A DNA stretch of 64,000 bases from Bacteroidota bacterium. GTDB taxonomy: Bacteria > Bacteroidota > Bacteroidia > Flavobacteriales > Weeksellaceae. Below the pieces are notes generated by a model. The model did no database searches, had not been told where the DNA came from, and saw only the letters and a list, made by a program, of their open reading frames with translations. The position numbers and the translations under genes were made by a program. Numbering within the stretch: position 1 is the stretch's first letter; each line of letters starts with the position of its first letter. Positions 18,778 through 28,659 of the stretch are shown here, piece by piece. The stretch lies in assembly GCA_018266955.1 (NCBI GenBank), contig JAFDZI010000014.1, positions 662 to 64,661 on the forward strand, given 5' to 3'.

Positions 18778-21609
18778 ATGAGCGTAAAAAAAGACTATAT
18801 AGAAGTTTTTGGGGCAAGAGAACATAACCTGAAAAATATTCATGTCAAAATTCCTAGAAACGAATTGGTCGTTATTACTGGACTTTCAGGTTCTGGTAAA
18901 TCTTCTTTGGCTTTTGATACCATCTTTGCCGAAGGACAAAGACGATATATAGAAACTTTCTCTGCCTACGCCAGGCAATTTCTTGGTGGACTGGAAAGAC
19001 CCGATGTAGATAAAATTGATGGACTCTCGCCAGTCATTGCTATCGAACAGAAAACCACCAACAAAAATCCTCGCTCTACCGTGGGGACGGTTACGGAATT
19101 GTACGATTTTCTCCGTCTTCTTTTTGCTAGAGTTTCAGATGCCTATTCTTTGCAAACCGGTAAAAAATTAACATCCTATAACGAAGAACAAATTTTAGAA
19201 GTCATAAAAGAACAATACAAAGGTGAAAAAGTAATGTTGATGGCTCCAGTTGTACGATCCAGAAAAGGACATTACCACGAACTCTTTGTGCAATTTGCCA
19301 AAAAAGGCTATTCACAAGCTTGGATTGATGGCTCTTTACAAGATATTGAATATGACCTAAAGTTGGATCGTTACAAAACGCATGATATCGATATTGTGGT
19401 AGATCGTTGGATAATAGGAGAGACGGCAACTGAAAATAGAATGGAAAAGTCCCTTCGTACCGCTTTAGAAATGGGCGATGGAATTATTGGAATCATTAAA
19501 TTAAATGATACACAAGTTAATTATTTTTCAAAAAAATTAATGGATACCGATTCGGGTCAATCCTTGGCATTACCCGAACCCAATTCCTTTTCATTTAACT
19601 CTCCTAAAGGAAGTTGTCCCCATTGTAAAGGATTAGGAACCATCAATAAGGTGAATACCAATTTTTTTGTTGAAAATCCTAAATTATCTATTGCACAAGG
19701 TGCGTTGTTGCCTTTAGAAGATATAAAAAGCAATAAATGGATACTGGCTCAACTTAAAAATATATTGGAACTCTTTGGCTTGGATCTTAATACTCCTTTC
19801 GAAAAAATACCCTCCGAAGCACAAGAAATGATGTATTTCGGTTTGCATAAAGAGGAAAATAAGGAACTAAAACATGCAGGTATTACCAAGAAAATCAAAA
19901 TTAATTTTGATGGTTTGATTGCTATTATTAGTCAAATAATTGACGATAAAGAAAGTTATGAAGCAACAGTGTTGGAAAGGCATTTTACCCAAGAGGAAAC
20001 CTGTCCGGATTGCCATGGAACCCGTTTGTTGTCTTCTAGTTTAAGTTTTAAAATAGATGGCAAAAATATAGCAGAAATTAATGCTTTAAGTTTGGCCGAT
20101 TTAAAAATATGGATTCAAGAAGTGCAACCTAAATTCTCCGAAAAAAATAAAATTATTGCTCATGAGATTTTAAAAGAAATAGAAACGAGATTGCAATTTT
20201 TATTGGATGTAGGATTGGATTATTTAAGTTTAAGTAGAAGCTCCAGAACCCTTTCTGGTGGCGAATCGCAAAGGATTCGTTTGGCAACACAGATTGGCTC
20301 ACAATTAGTTAATGTTTTGTATATTTTGGACGAACCTTCCATTGGATTGCACCAAAGAGATAATGAAAGACTCATTAATTCCTTGAAAAACCTAAGGGAT
20401 TTGGGCAATTCTGTTTTGGTGGTGGAGCATGATAAAGATATGATATTGGAGGCAGATGAAGTACTGGATATTGGTCCCAAAGCGGGTAAATTTGGGGGTG
20501 AAATTCTTTGGCAAGGCAGCCCGAAAGATATTACCAAAGCAAATACCATTACTGCTGATTATATCACTGGAAAAAGAAAAATTGAAATCCCCACCACACG
20601 AAGGGTAGGAAATGGTAAATCCATCCTTCTGAAAGGGGCGACAGGAAATAATTTGAAAAATGTAAACTTAGAAATTCCACTGGGTAAATTGGTGCTGGTT
20701 ACAGGAATTTCTGGAAGTGGAAAATCATCCCTCATCAATGGAACGCTGTATCCTATTCTGAACAAACATTTTTACAGAGCAGTACAAGAACCTTTACCTT
20801 ATAAAAAAATTGAAGGCTTGGAAAATATTGATAAAATTGTGGATGTAGATCAAACCCCTATTGGTAGGACTCCTCGTTCTAATCCAGCTACTTATACGGG
20901 GATGTTTACCGATATCCGAAACTTGTTTGCCGACTTACCCGAAAGTAAAATCCGTGGATATAAAGCCGGTAGATTTTCATTTAATGTAAAAGGAGGAAGA
21001 TGCGAAACTTGCCAAGGTGGTGGACTAAAAGTGATAGAAATGAATTTCTTACCCGATGTTTATGTTCATTGCGAAACTTGCAACGGGAAAAGATTCAATA
21101 GAGAAACGCTGGAGGTACGATACAAAGGAAAATCCATTTCCGATGTTTTGGAAATGACCATTGCCGAAGCAGTTGATTTTTTCGCTCCAATTCCTAAAAT
21201 TTATAATAAAGTAAAAACCCTAGCAGATGTAGGTTTGGGCTATATTACACTCGGACAACAATCCACAACCCTAAGTGGTGGCGAAGCACAAAGAATAAAA
21301 CTAGCAACAGAACTTGCTAAAAAACAAACGGGTAACACGCTTTATATTTTGGACGAACCCACTACTGGACTTCATTTTGAAGATGTGAAAATACTTATGG
21401 ATGCCATTCAGCAATTGGTGGACTTGGGTAATTCTTTCATCATTATCGAACATAACTTGGATGTGATCAAACTTGCCGACCACATCATTGATGTAGGACC
21501 CGAAGGGGGAAAACATGGTGGTGTTATTGTTGCGCAGGGGACTCCCGAAGAAATCATCAAAAATAAAAAATCAATCACTGGAACATTCTTGAAAAAAGAA
21601 ATGGAATAG
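18778..21609 (+). CDS. uvrA: excinuclease ABC subunit A
   Basis: Two ABC modules (GLSGSGKSSLAFDT, GISGSGKSSLIN), LSGGE signatures and Zn-finger CxxC pairs. 943 aa. Confidence 0.97.
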   Translation: MSVKKDYIEVFGAREHNLKNIHVKIPRNELVVITGLSGSGKSSLAFDTIFAEGQRRYIETFSAYARQFLGGLERPDVDKIDGLSPVIAIEQKTTNKNPRSTVGTVTELYDFLRLLFARVSDAYSLQTGKKLTSYNEEQILEVIKEQYKGEKVMLMAPVVRSRKGHYHELFVQFAKKGYSQAWIDGSLQDIEYDLKLDRYKTHDIDIVVDRWIIGETATENRMEKSLRTALEMGDGIIGIIKLNDTQVNYFSKKLMDTDSGQSLALPEPNSFSFNSPKGSCPHCKGLGTINKVNTNFFVENPKLSIAQGALLPLEDIKSNKWILAQLKNILELFGLDLNTPFEKIPSEAQEMMYFGLHKEENKELKHAGITKKIKINFDGLIAIISQIIDDKESYEATVLERHFTQEETCPDCHGTRLLSSSLSFKIDGKNIAEINALSLADLKIWIQEVQPKFSEKNKIIAHEILKEIETRLQFLLDVGLDYLSLSRSSRTLSGGESQRIRLATQIGSQLVNVLYILDEPSIGLHQRDNERLINSLKNLRDLGNSVLVVEHDKDMILEADEVLDIGPKAGKFGGEILWQGSPKDITKANTITADYITGKRKIEIPTTRRVGNGKSILLKGATGNNLKNVNLEIPLGKLVLVTGISGSGKSSLINGTLYPILNKHFYRAVQEPLPYKKIEGLENIDKIVDVDQTPIGRTPRSNPATYTGMFTDIRNLFADLPESKIRGYKAGRFSFNVKGGRCETCQGGGLKVIEMNFLPDVYVHCETCNGKRFNRETLEVRYKGKSISDVLEMTIAEAVDFFAPIPKIYNKVKTLADVGLGYITLGQQSTTLSGGEAQRIKLATELAKKQTGNTLYILDEPTTGLHFEDVKILMDAIQQLVDLGNSFIIIEHNLDVIKLADHIIDVGPEGGKHGGVIVAQGTPEEIIKNKKSITGTFLKKEME

Positions 21610-21677
21610 TGTTTAGATGAAATATAAAACTAGAATAAAATGAATATTTAACGATATTCCTTCAAAAAAAAATCAAA

Positions 21678-22202
21678 TTGAAACATAACCTAACTGCTAC
21701 AGACCAAAAGATACTTTCCTTTTCCATTAGAACAATGCAAGAGGAGGATTATCCTGCTGTTCTCGATATTTACAAGGACGGTGTCGCTTCTATGGAGGCT
21801 ACTTTTGAAACCGATACAAGTATAGTTTGTTGGAATGATATTCACTTGGACCACAGTCGTTTTATATTGCAAACGGAAGAGGACGAAATTATCGGATGGT
21901 GTGCATTGTTAAAGGTAAGTGATAAGCCTTATTACCGAGGAATAGCAGAAACCAGCATATACCTTCATCCAAAGTATCAAGGCAAAGGTTTGGGGGCGAT
22001 TCTTTTAGAAAAATTAATTTTGGACAGCGAAGAAAAAGGAATTTGGACTTTACAAGCTCAAGTTTTTTTGGAAAATACCAAATCTTTAAAACTCCACCAG
22101 AAATTAGGATTTCATTTGGTGGGAAAAAGAGAAAAACTTGGTGTGGTAAATGGTGTATGGAAAGATGTATGGCTCTTAGAGAGAAAAAGCCATAAAAAAT
22201 AA
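21678..22202 (+). CDS. GNAT family N-acetyltransferase (phosphinothricin-acetyltransferase-like)
   Basis: HPKYQGKGLGAILL acetyl-CoA motif. Probable TTG start at 21678, because the conserved N-terminal strand (FSIRTMQEED) precedes the first ATG at 21735. Confidence 0.7.
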   Translation: MKHNLTATDQKILSFSIRTMQEEDYPAVLDIYKDGVASMEATFETDTSIVCWNDIHLDHSRFILQTEEDEIIGWCALLKVSDKPYYRGIAETSIYLHPKYQGKGLGAILLEKLILDSEEKGIWTLQAQVFLENTKSLKLHQKLGFHLVGKREKLGVVNGVWKDVWLLERKSHKK

Positions 22203-22205
22203 TAG

Positions 22206-22239
22206 AAAACTCCAATATTGGCCAATATTGGAGTTTTTT
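22206..22239. terminator. bidirectional terminator
   Basis: CTCCAATATTGG / CCAATATTGGAG perfect 12-bp stem, flanked by an A-run and a T-run. Confidence 0.75.
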
Positions 22240-22252
22240 CTTATGTCTTGAA

Positions 22253-22567
22253 TTAAATTTTCACCTTCATCGGATTGAGTGAAGTGCAAAATAACAAAAC
22301 TTTAGTACCGAATTTTGCTGTAATCCTTTCTTCTAGGTTTACCAATTCGCTTTTTATAAATTGTTGGCGGATGATAGCATTATCAAAAAATAAAAGAAGA
22401 TTATAATTTTTTCCTTCTTGTATCATGTCAGACTCAATGTCGGAGAGGATAAATTGTTCCGCGTCCATCAGGTTTCCTATCATTTCCGATAGTTCATTTT
22501 TAAGATACATTTTCCATTGGCTAAGTGCATCTGCTTCGCAATGAAAAGTTAAACTCAATAAGGTCAT
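22253..22567 (-). CDS. small conserved hypothetical protein (DUF4286-like)
   Basis: ORF. Start at MTLLSLTFHCE (22567) is preferred, leaving a promoter region before the divergent gyrA. Family assignment is from memory only. Confidence 0.45.
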   Translation of the reverse strand: MTLLSLTFHCEADALSQWKMYLKNELSEMIGNLMDAEQFILSDIESDMIQEGKNYNLLLFFDNAIIRQQFIKSELVNLEERITAKFGTKVLLFCTSLNPMKVKI

Positions 22568-22711
22568 TTGATTGTAAATTTTATAGTTTTTGTGGATAAA
22601 ATACTTTGCAAAAATCGGTAAAAATTTCGTAAATTTACCCGTTATTTGATTTTGAAAATTCAAAAAATTGTTTCGCTTTAGAAGGCGACAATTTATTTAA
22701 TAAATTTATTT

Positions 22712-25297
22712 ATGCAAAAAGAAGGAGAAAGACTCATACCCATCAATATAGTTGATGAAATGAAATCGTCTTATATCGATTATTCCATGTCCGTAATCGT
22801 GTCCAGAGCACTTCCTGATGTACGAGATGGGCTGAAGCCAGTGCACCGAAGAGTACTCTATGGAATGTATGGATTAGGTGTTTTTTCGAATAGAAAATAT
22901 CTGAAATCTGCCAGAATTGTAGGAGATGTTTTGGGTAAATATCACCCACATGGAGACTCTTCTGTGTATGATGCCATGGTGAGAATGGCACAACCTTGGA
23001 GTTTGCGCTACCCCCAAGTAGATGGACAGGGTAACTTCGGATCCATGGATGGCGATCCACCGGCTGCCATGCGTTATACCGAAGCAAGACTGAAGAAAAT
23101 TTCAGACGAAATATTATCGGATTTGGATAAAGATACCGTCGATTTCCAAAATAACTTCGACGATAGCTTGCAAGAACCTACCGTAATGCCAACCAAAATA
23201 CCTAATTTATTGGTAAATGGTGCTTCTGGTATTGCAGTGGGGATGGCTACCAATATGGCGCCACACAATCTTACCGAAGTTGTTGATGGTATTTGTGCCT
23301 ATATTGATAATAGAGAAATTACCATCGACGAATTGATGAAGCATGTTATTGCTCCTGATTTCCCTACGGGCGGTATTATTTATGGTTATGATGGAGTGAG
23401 AGATGCTTTCCATACCGGAAGGGGCAGAATTGTTCTTCGTGCTAAAGTGAATTTTGAAGAAATTGGCAATAGAAATGCCATTATCGTAACCGAAGTTCCG
23501 TACCAAGTGAACAAGGCGGAAATGATTGCCAGAACCGCAGAATTGGTAAAAGATGATAAAATACCAGGCATCTACGAAATTAGAGACGAGTCGGATAGAA
23601 GCGGATTGAGAGTAGTATATGAGTTGAAAAATGATGCGATACCTAATGTAGTCCTTAATTTATTATACAAATACACCGCGCTACAAACTTCATTCTCCGT
23701 CAATAATATTGCTTTGGTTAAAGGACGACCAGAACAGTTGAACCTTAAAGATATTATCCATCATTTTGTGGAACATAGACATGAAGTAGTCATTCGAAGA
23801 ACAGAATTCGAACTGAAAAAAGCCAAAGAAAGAGCACATATTTTAGAAGGATTCATGAAGGTTATTGGTACTCAGGATTCCCTGGACAGAGCCATTGCCA
23901 TCATTCGTCATTCTGCCAATCCACAAGAAGCCAAAGAAGGATTAATTGCAGAATTTGAACTATCCGATATCCAAGCGCAAGCCATTCTCGATCTCAGATT
24001 GGCCCGTTTAACAGGAATGGAATTGGATAAAATCCGTGCTGAGTATGAAGAAATTATGGCGTTAATTAAAGATTTGGAAGATATCTTAGCCAATGAGTCC
24101 AGAAGATTCCAAATTATTAAAGACGAGCTTTTAGAAGTAAAAGAAAAATATGGCGACGAAAGAAGATCCGAAATAGACTATGCCGGTGGGGATATGTCCA
24201 TAGAAGATTTCATCCCGAACGAAGCTGTTGTACTTACCATTTCCCATGCGGGGTACATCAAAAGAACTTCGCTTTCCGAATACAAAATACAATCCAGAGG
24301 TGGCGTAGGAAATAGAGCCGCAACCACCAGAGACGAGGATTTCTTAGAATACATTGTTTCTGCAACCAACCACCAATACATGTTGTTCTTTACTGAAAAA
24401 GGAAGATGTTATTGGCTAAGGGTATTCGAAATTCCGGAAGGTTCCAAAACGGCAAAAGGTAGAGCGGTACAAAACCTCATCAATATAGATCCGGACGATA
24501 AAATTAAAGCTTATATCCGTACCAATGACTTAAAGGACATCGACTATGTAAAACAAATGTCCGTAGTGATGATTACCAAAAACGGAACCATCAAAAAAAC
24601 TTCATTAGAAGCGTATTCCAGACCAAGAACCAACGGTATTAATGCCATTGAAATTCGCGAAGACGATCAGTTATTAGGAGCGAGATTAACCAATGGGGAA
24701 TCCGAAATTATGATTGCTACCAAAAATGGTAAATGTATCCGTTTCCCAGAAGAAAAAGTAAGAGAAGTGGGAAGAGGATCCATAGGAGTTAGAGGGATTT
24801 CTTTGGAAGATGGTGACGAAGTTATTGGAATGATAGTGGTGAATGATGTGGAAAAAGAAACCGTCTTGGTTGTTTCCGAAAAAGGCTATGGTAAAAGAAC
24901 AGCCGTTGAAGATTACCGAATGACCAATCGTGGTGGTAAAGGAGTAATTACCCTAAATATCACTGAAAAAACCGGTCAACTTATTGCCATACAATCTGTA
25001 ACCGATGAAGATGGACTAATGATTATCAATAAATCTGGTGTAGCCATCAGAATGTCTATGGACGAAATGCGTGTCATGGGTAGAAATACACAAGGGGTAA
25101 AAGTCATTAACCTAAAAGGTAAAGACGAAATTGCTGCCATTGCAAAAGTAGAAATGGATAAAGAAGTGGAAGAAGAATTTGAAGATGAGGAAGAAAATAC
25201 GACTACTGACGGAACAAATAATATCATCTCAGAGAATCTTTCTACCGACAATACCTCTACAGAGGCTGATGAATTGACGACTAACGAAGAAGAATAA
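22712..25297 (+). CDS. gyrA: DNA gyrase subunit A
   Basis: [15 protein letters not shown] and [10 protein letters not shown] (active-site Tyr) motifs. C-terminal beta-pinwheel repeats and acidic tail. Confidence 0.98.
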   Translation: MQKEGERLIPINIVDEMKSSYIDYSMSVIVSRALPDVRDGLKPVHRRVLYGMYGLGVFSNRKYLKSARIVGDVLGKYHPHGDSSVYDAMVRMAQPWSLRYPQVDGQGNFGSMDGDPPAAMRYTEARLKKISDEILSDLDKDTVDFQNNFDDSLQEPTVMPTKIPNLLVNGASGIAVGMATNMAPHNLTEVVDGICAYIDNREITIDELMKHVIAPDFPTGGIIYGYDGVRDAFHTGRGRIVLRAKVNFEEIGNRNAIIVTEVPYQVNKAEMIARTAELVKDDKIPGIYEIRDESDRSGLRVVYELKNDAIPNVVLNLLYKYTALQTSFSVNNIALVKGRPEQLNLKDIIHHFVEHRHEVVIRRTEFELKKAKERAHILEGFMKVIGTQDSLDRAIAIIRHSANPQEAKEGLIAEFELSDIQAQAILDLRLARLTGMELDKIRAEYEEIMALIKDLEDILANESRRFQIIKDELLEVKEKYGDERRSEIDYAGGDMSIEDFIPNEAVVLTISHAGYIKRTSLSEYKIQSRGGVGNRAATTRDEDFLEYIVSATNHQYMLFFTEKGRCYWLRVFEIPEGSKTAKGRAVQNLINIDPDDKIKAYIRTNDLKDIDYVKQMSVVMITKNGTIKKTSLEAYSRPRTNGINAIEIREDDQLLGARLTNGESEIMIATKNGKCIRFPEEKVREVGRGSIGVRGISLEDGDEVIGMIVVNDVEKETVLVVSEKGYGKRTAVEDYRMTNRGGKGVITLNITEKTGQLIAIQSVTDEDGLMIINKSGVAIRMSMDEMRVMGRNTQGVKVINLKGKDEIAAIAKVEMDKEVEEEFEDEEENTTTDGTNNIISENLSTDNTSTEADELTTNEEE

Positions 25298-25305
25298 TCA
25301 TATAT

Positions 25306-25332
25306 GGACAAGTTTTTGCTTGTCCTTTTTTT
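25306..25332 (+). terminator. Rho-independent terminator after gyrA
   Basis: GGACAAG / CTTGTCC stem, then T7. Confidence 0.7.
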
Positions 25333-25354
25333 CAATTAGAAACAATATTTAGTT

Positions 25355-26722
25355 ATGAGAAAAATAGTTTTAAGCGCATTAGTATTAGCTTTTAGCTTTT
25401 CATATGCACAAAAGAAAGAAATTCAATCTGCTTACAAAGCCTTAGAAAGTGGTGATGTGGGTACTGCAAAATCTAAAATTAATGAGGCTGCCAACCTTTT
25501 GGGATCCAAAACGCAATTACTAGATCCGGAAACTCTGGAGCAATATTATTTTGTAAAAGGATTGGAAATGGTGACCAGTGGTCAAATGGCTGAAGGAGCA
25601 ACTATGCTGTCAAAAATTGGCGATATGGCCAGACAAAAAGTGTATTCAGGAAAAGATGCTGAAAAAAATAAAGTCTATTTTTGGGGAGAAGAAGCAGCTA
25701 AAGCTTCTGGAATTTCCGGTTTAAAGGAAGATCGATACGCTCCAGTTACTTTACCTAAATTAGCCGCAATAATTAATCCTTATTTGCAAAAAGCCAATAA
25801 AGATGCAGTAGATGCTTACAATGGAAAAAAGTACGAACTTGCAGGAGATAAATTCAAAGAAACGGCTTATTTGCTAAAAGTAGGCGGACAAAATGGCGGT
25901 CAGTTCTTATACAATGCAGCATTGAGCTTTGCTTATGCCAAAAAAAATGATAAAGCTTTGGAAATTATGCAAGAGTTGGTAAATTCCGGATACACTGGAG
26001 TTGAAACCAATTATGTGGCAAAAAATAAAGAAGGAAAAGTAGAAAATTTCGATAAAAATACTTGGGAAATGTTGAAAAAATCAAGTGATTATTCGGATTT
26101 TAAAACTGAAACTACCAAGAGCATAGAGCCAGAAATCTATGAAGAAACCGCTCGATTGTTGATTGAGTCCGGAAAAAATGATGAAGCAATTGCCCTTATT
26201 GAAAAAGGAATGAAAAAATTCCCCAATAATTCTAGATTATCAGAATTGCAAGGCGTAGTGTTTTATAAGTCTGGTAAGACCGATCAGTTTATTGATAACT
26301 TGAAAGCACAAGTAGCCAAAAACCCGAACGACAAAACCAATTGGTATAATCTGGGAGTATTGCAAAGCAAAAACCCAAGTATGAGAGCAGATGCAGAAGC
26401 TTCATTTAAAAAAGCTTTGGAACTAGATCCTAAAATGAGCTCTGCTTTACAAAACCTCACTTACCTTACCATGGGCGATGATGAGGCAGCTGTAAAAGAA
26501 ATTGAAGTTGCAAGAAAAGCAGGTAAAACAGATTTGTTTAATAAATTATTACAAGAAAGAAGAAATCGTTTTGCAAAAGCTTTGCCTTATGCCGAAAAAT
26601 GGTATGAAGTGGATAGCCAAAACCCAGATGTAGTGGATTTGCTAAAAGGTTTGTACACCACAACCAAAAATGAAGCTAAAGCAGCTGAGTTTAAGGCTAA
26701 AGCAGCCGCACTCAACAAGTAA
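25355..26722 (+). CDS. secreted TPR-repeat protein
   Basis: Signal peptide (FSFSYAQ). Repeated A/Y/L-rich 34-aa helical units (e.g. NWYNLGVLQSKN...AEASFKKALELDP). Confidence 0.65.
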   Translation: MRKIVLSALVLAFSFSYAQKKEIQSAYKALESGDVGTAKSKINEAANLLGSKTQLLDPETLEQYYFVKGLEMVTSGQMAEGATMLSKIGDMARQKVYSGKDAEKNKVYFWGEEAAKASGISGLKEDRYAPVTLPKLAAIINPYLQKANKDAVDAYNGKKYELAGDKFKETAYLLKVGGQNGGQFLYNAALSFAYAKKNDKALEIMQELVNSGYTGVETNYVAKNKEGKVENFDKNTWEMLKKSSDYSDFKTETTKSIEPEIYEETARLLIESGKNDEAIALIEKGMKKFPNNSRLSELQGVVFYKSGKTDQFIDNLKAQVAKNPNDKTNWYNLGVLQSKNPSMRADAEASFKKALELDPKMSSALQNLTYLTMGDDEAAVKEIEVARKAGKTDLFNKLLQERRNRFAKALPYAEKWYEVDSQNPDVVDLLKGLYTTTKNEAKAAEFKAKAAALNK

Positions 26723-26740
26723 TAGTATATTTTAATTATT

Positions 26741-26776
26741 AAAAAAAAACAGAGTTTTTAGACTCTGTTTTTTTTA
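26741..26776. terminator. bidirectional terminator
   Basis: CAGAGT / ACTCTG stem, flanked by A9 and T8. Confidence 0.6.
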
Positions 26777-27424
26777 TACTTTCATTAGTAACTTTTCGCA
26801 AACCATGGCACTGAGGATTTCTGTTGAACCGTCCATTTCTATGGTCATGGATTGGTCGTATTTTTCAATTTTTTTTAGATGAATCAATTGGCCTAAGTGC
26901 AGTTTTTTTTCATTTAAATAAGTGAGAAAATCATCATCGGAAATAGTTACAGCCGAAAAAACATAAGTTTTACCCGGTTGGCATTGGCTTAGTTTAATCA
27001 AATCCTGAGCAATAATGTTTCCTTCCTTGTCCGGAATGGGTTCTCCATGTGGATCCACTTTGGGGTATTGGAGTATTTCGTCCATTTTATCGAAGAAAAT
27101 AGGGGAGTGTACATGCTCTAGCTGCTCGGCAATTTCATGCACGGTTTCCCAACCAAAGTTCATAATCTTCACCAAAAACATTTCGGTCAATCGGTGTTTT
27201 CTTACCACTAGGGCAGCCTCTTTTCTACCAGATTCTGTAATTTTTATCGGTTTATAACTTTCATAAACAATCCATTTTTTTTCTGCAAACTTCTTCATCA
27301 TATTGTTTACAGTAGGCATTTTCACTTGTAAAAATTTTGAAATTTCGTTGACAGCAACTTCATTTTTGTCATTAGCCAAATGGAAAAAAGCCTTGAGATA
27401 ATTTTCTTCAGTTAAAGTATTCAA
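26774..27424 (-). CDS. DtxR/MntR-family metal-dependent transcriptional regulator with C-terminal FeoA-like domain
   Basis: N-terminal wHTH, HRLTEMFL dimerisation/metal motif, ~70-aa C-terminal SH3-like extension. Confidence 0.8.
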   Translation of the reverse strand: MNTLTEENYLKAFFHLANDKNEVAVNEISKFLQVKMPTVNNMMKKFAEKKWIVYESYKPIKITESGRKEAALVVRKHRLTEMFLVKIMNFGWETVHEIAEQLEHVHSPIFFDKMDEILQYPKVDPHGEPIPDKEGNIIAQDLIKLSQCQPGKTYVFSAVTISDDDFLTYLNEKKLHLGQLIHLKKIEKYDQSMTIEMDGSTEILSAMVCEKLLMKV

Positions 27425-27481
27425 TTTGTTAGAGTTTTAAAAGAACAAATCTAACAAATACTTTTTGAAAAAAAACCTTTG

Positions 27482-28645
27482 TTATAATTTTTGTTTTTTC
27501 TTTGCCAAAAATTTTAGCAGTATGTATCCAGAAAAGCCGGAAATTACAGAAGCCAATAGGATGGCAAATTTAGCTTCGTCTTGTATTATAGGATCTTTGA
27601 AACAGATAACGGCAATAAATATGGACATGGTAAATCCTATTCCTGCCAAAAGTCCTGTGCCTATAAGATGAAACCAAGTACTTTTGTAGGGAAGTTGGCT
27701 AATTTTGAGTCGGATGGCAACAAAAGAAAAAAGAACAATACCCAATACCTTGCCCCAAAATAATCCTCCAATAATACCTAGGCTAAAGGGACTTGCCAAA
27801 TGATCGACCATACCTTTGTGAAAACTAATATTGGTGTTGGCCAATGCAAATAAAGGCATAATGATGAAATTTACCGGAATATGGAGTTTTTCTTCCAGCT
27901 TTTCTAAGGGCGAAATCTCCGTATCGGACTCGTTGGTTGGGATGGTCAACGCCAATAAGACTCCTGCAATAGTAGCATGTATGCCACTGTGATGCATGAA
28001 ATACCAAAGGAATAACCCAGGGATGATGTAAAAAATATGTTTCTTTACTTTACAATAATTCAACACCATCAATAAGATAAAAATGGCTAAAGAAAGAAGT
28101 AAATAATAGGTTTCTATTTTCTCTGAATAAAAAATGGCGATAACCAGTATGGCGCCCAAGTCATCTACAATGGCCAAAGCAGTAAGAAAAACCTTAATGG
28201 ATAAAGGGACTTTAGAGCCCAGCATAGAAATAATGGCCAAAGAAAATGCAATGTCCGTAGCCATTGGTATTCCCCAACCATTGGCATATTGAGTACCTTG
28301 AGTGAAAAATAAATAAATAAATGCGGGTACCAGCATTCCGCCAATTGCGGCTACTATAGGTAAAGACGCATTTTTAATATTAGAAAGTTCGCCTTCCAAA
28401 AGTTCTCTTTTAATTTCTAATCCAACCAATAGAAAGAAAATTGCCATCAATCCGTCATTTACCCAAATGCCAACAGAGTACTTGAGGTGGATGCTTTCCC
28501 ACCCAATTTCGGTGTTTAATAGATTCTGAAAGCCAAGTCCCAAACTAGAATTGGCAATAAGTAGCGAGATGAATACGCACAAAAGCAGCAGTACTCCAGA
28601 GGATTGTGAACTATGAAAGAAATTTTTAAAATATTGGCTGAGCAT
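27482..28645 (-). CDS. nhaA: Na+/H+ antiporter NhaA
   Basis: AIVDDLGAI motif (conserved Asp pair). ~12 TM helices. 387 aa. Confidence 0.9.
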   Translation of the reverse strand: MLSQYFKNFFHSSQSSGVLLLLCVFISLLIANSSLGLGFQNLLNTEIGWESIHLKYSVGIWVNDGLMAIFFLLVGLEIKRELLEGELSNIKNASLPIVAAIGGMLVPAFIYLFFTQGTQYANGWGIPMATDIAFSLAIISMLGSKVPLSIKVFLTALAIVDDLGAILVIAIFYSEKIETYYLLLSLAIFILLMVLNYCKVKKHIFYIIPGLFLWYFMHHSGIHATIAGVLLALTIPTNESDTEISPLEKLEEKLHIPVNFIIMPLFALANTNISFHKGMVDHLASPFSLGIIGGLFWGKVLGIVLFSFVAIRLKISQLPYKSTWFHLIGTGLLAGIGFTMSIFIAVICFKDPIIQDEAKFAILLASVISGFSGYILLKFLAKKKQKL

Positions 28646-28659
28646 ATTGGTGTTGTGTT

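Noticed and set aside
22591-22599. Perfect DnaA box TGTGGATAA upstream of gyrA, and a possible oriC near the dnaA start at 63914
   Set aside because: A single 9-mer is expected by chance in about 128 kb of two-strand sequence. No box cluster or AT-rich unwinding element was found next to it, and I saw none in 63804-63913.
24976-25335. 119-aa Ser-rich minus-strand ORF at the gyrA 3' end
   Set aside because: It is antisense to the acidic Glu/Asp-rich tail of gyrA, a low-complexity artefact.
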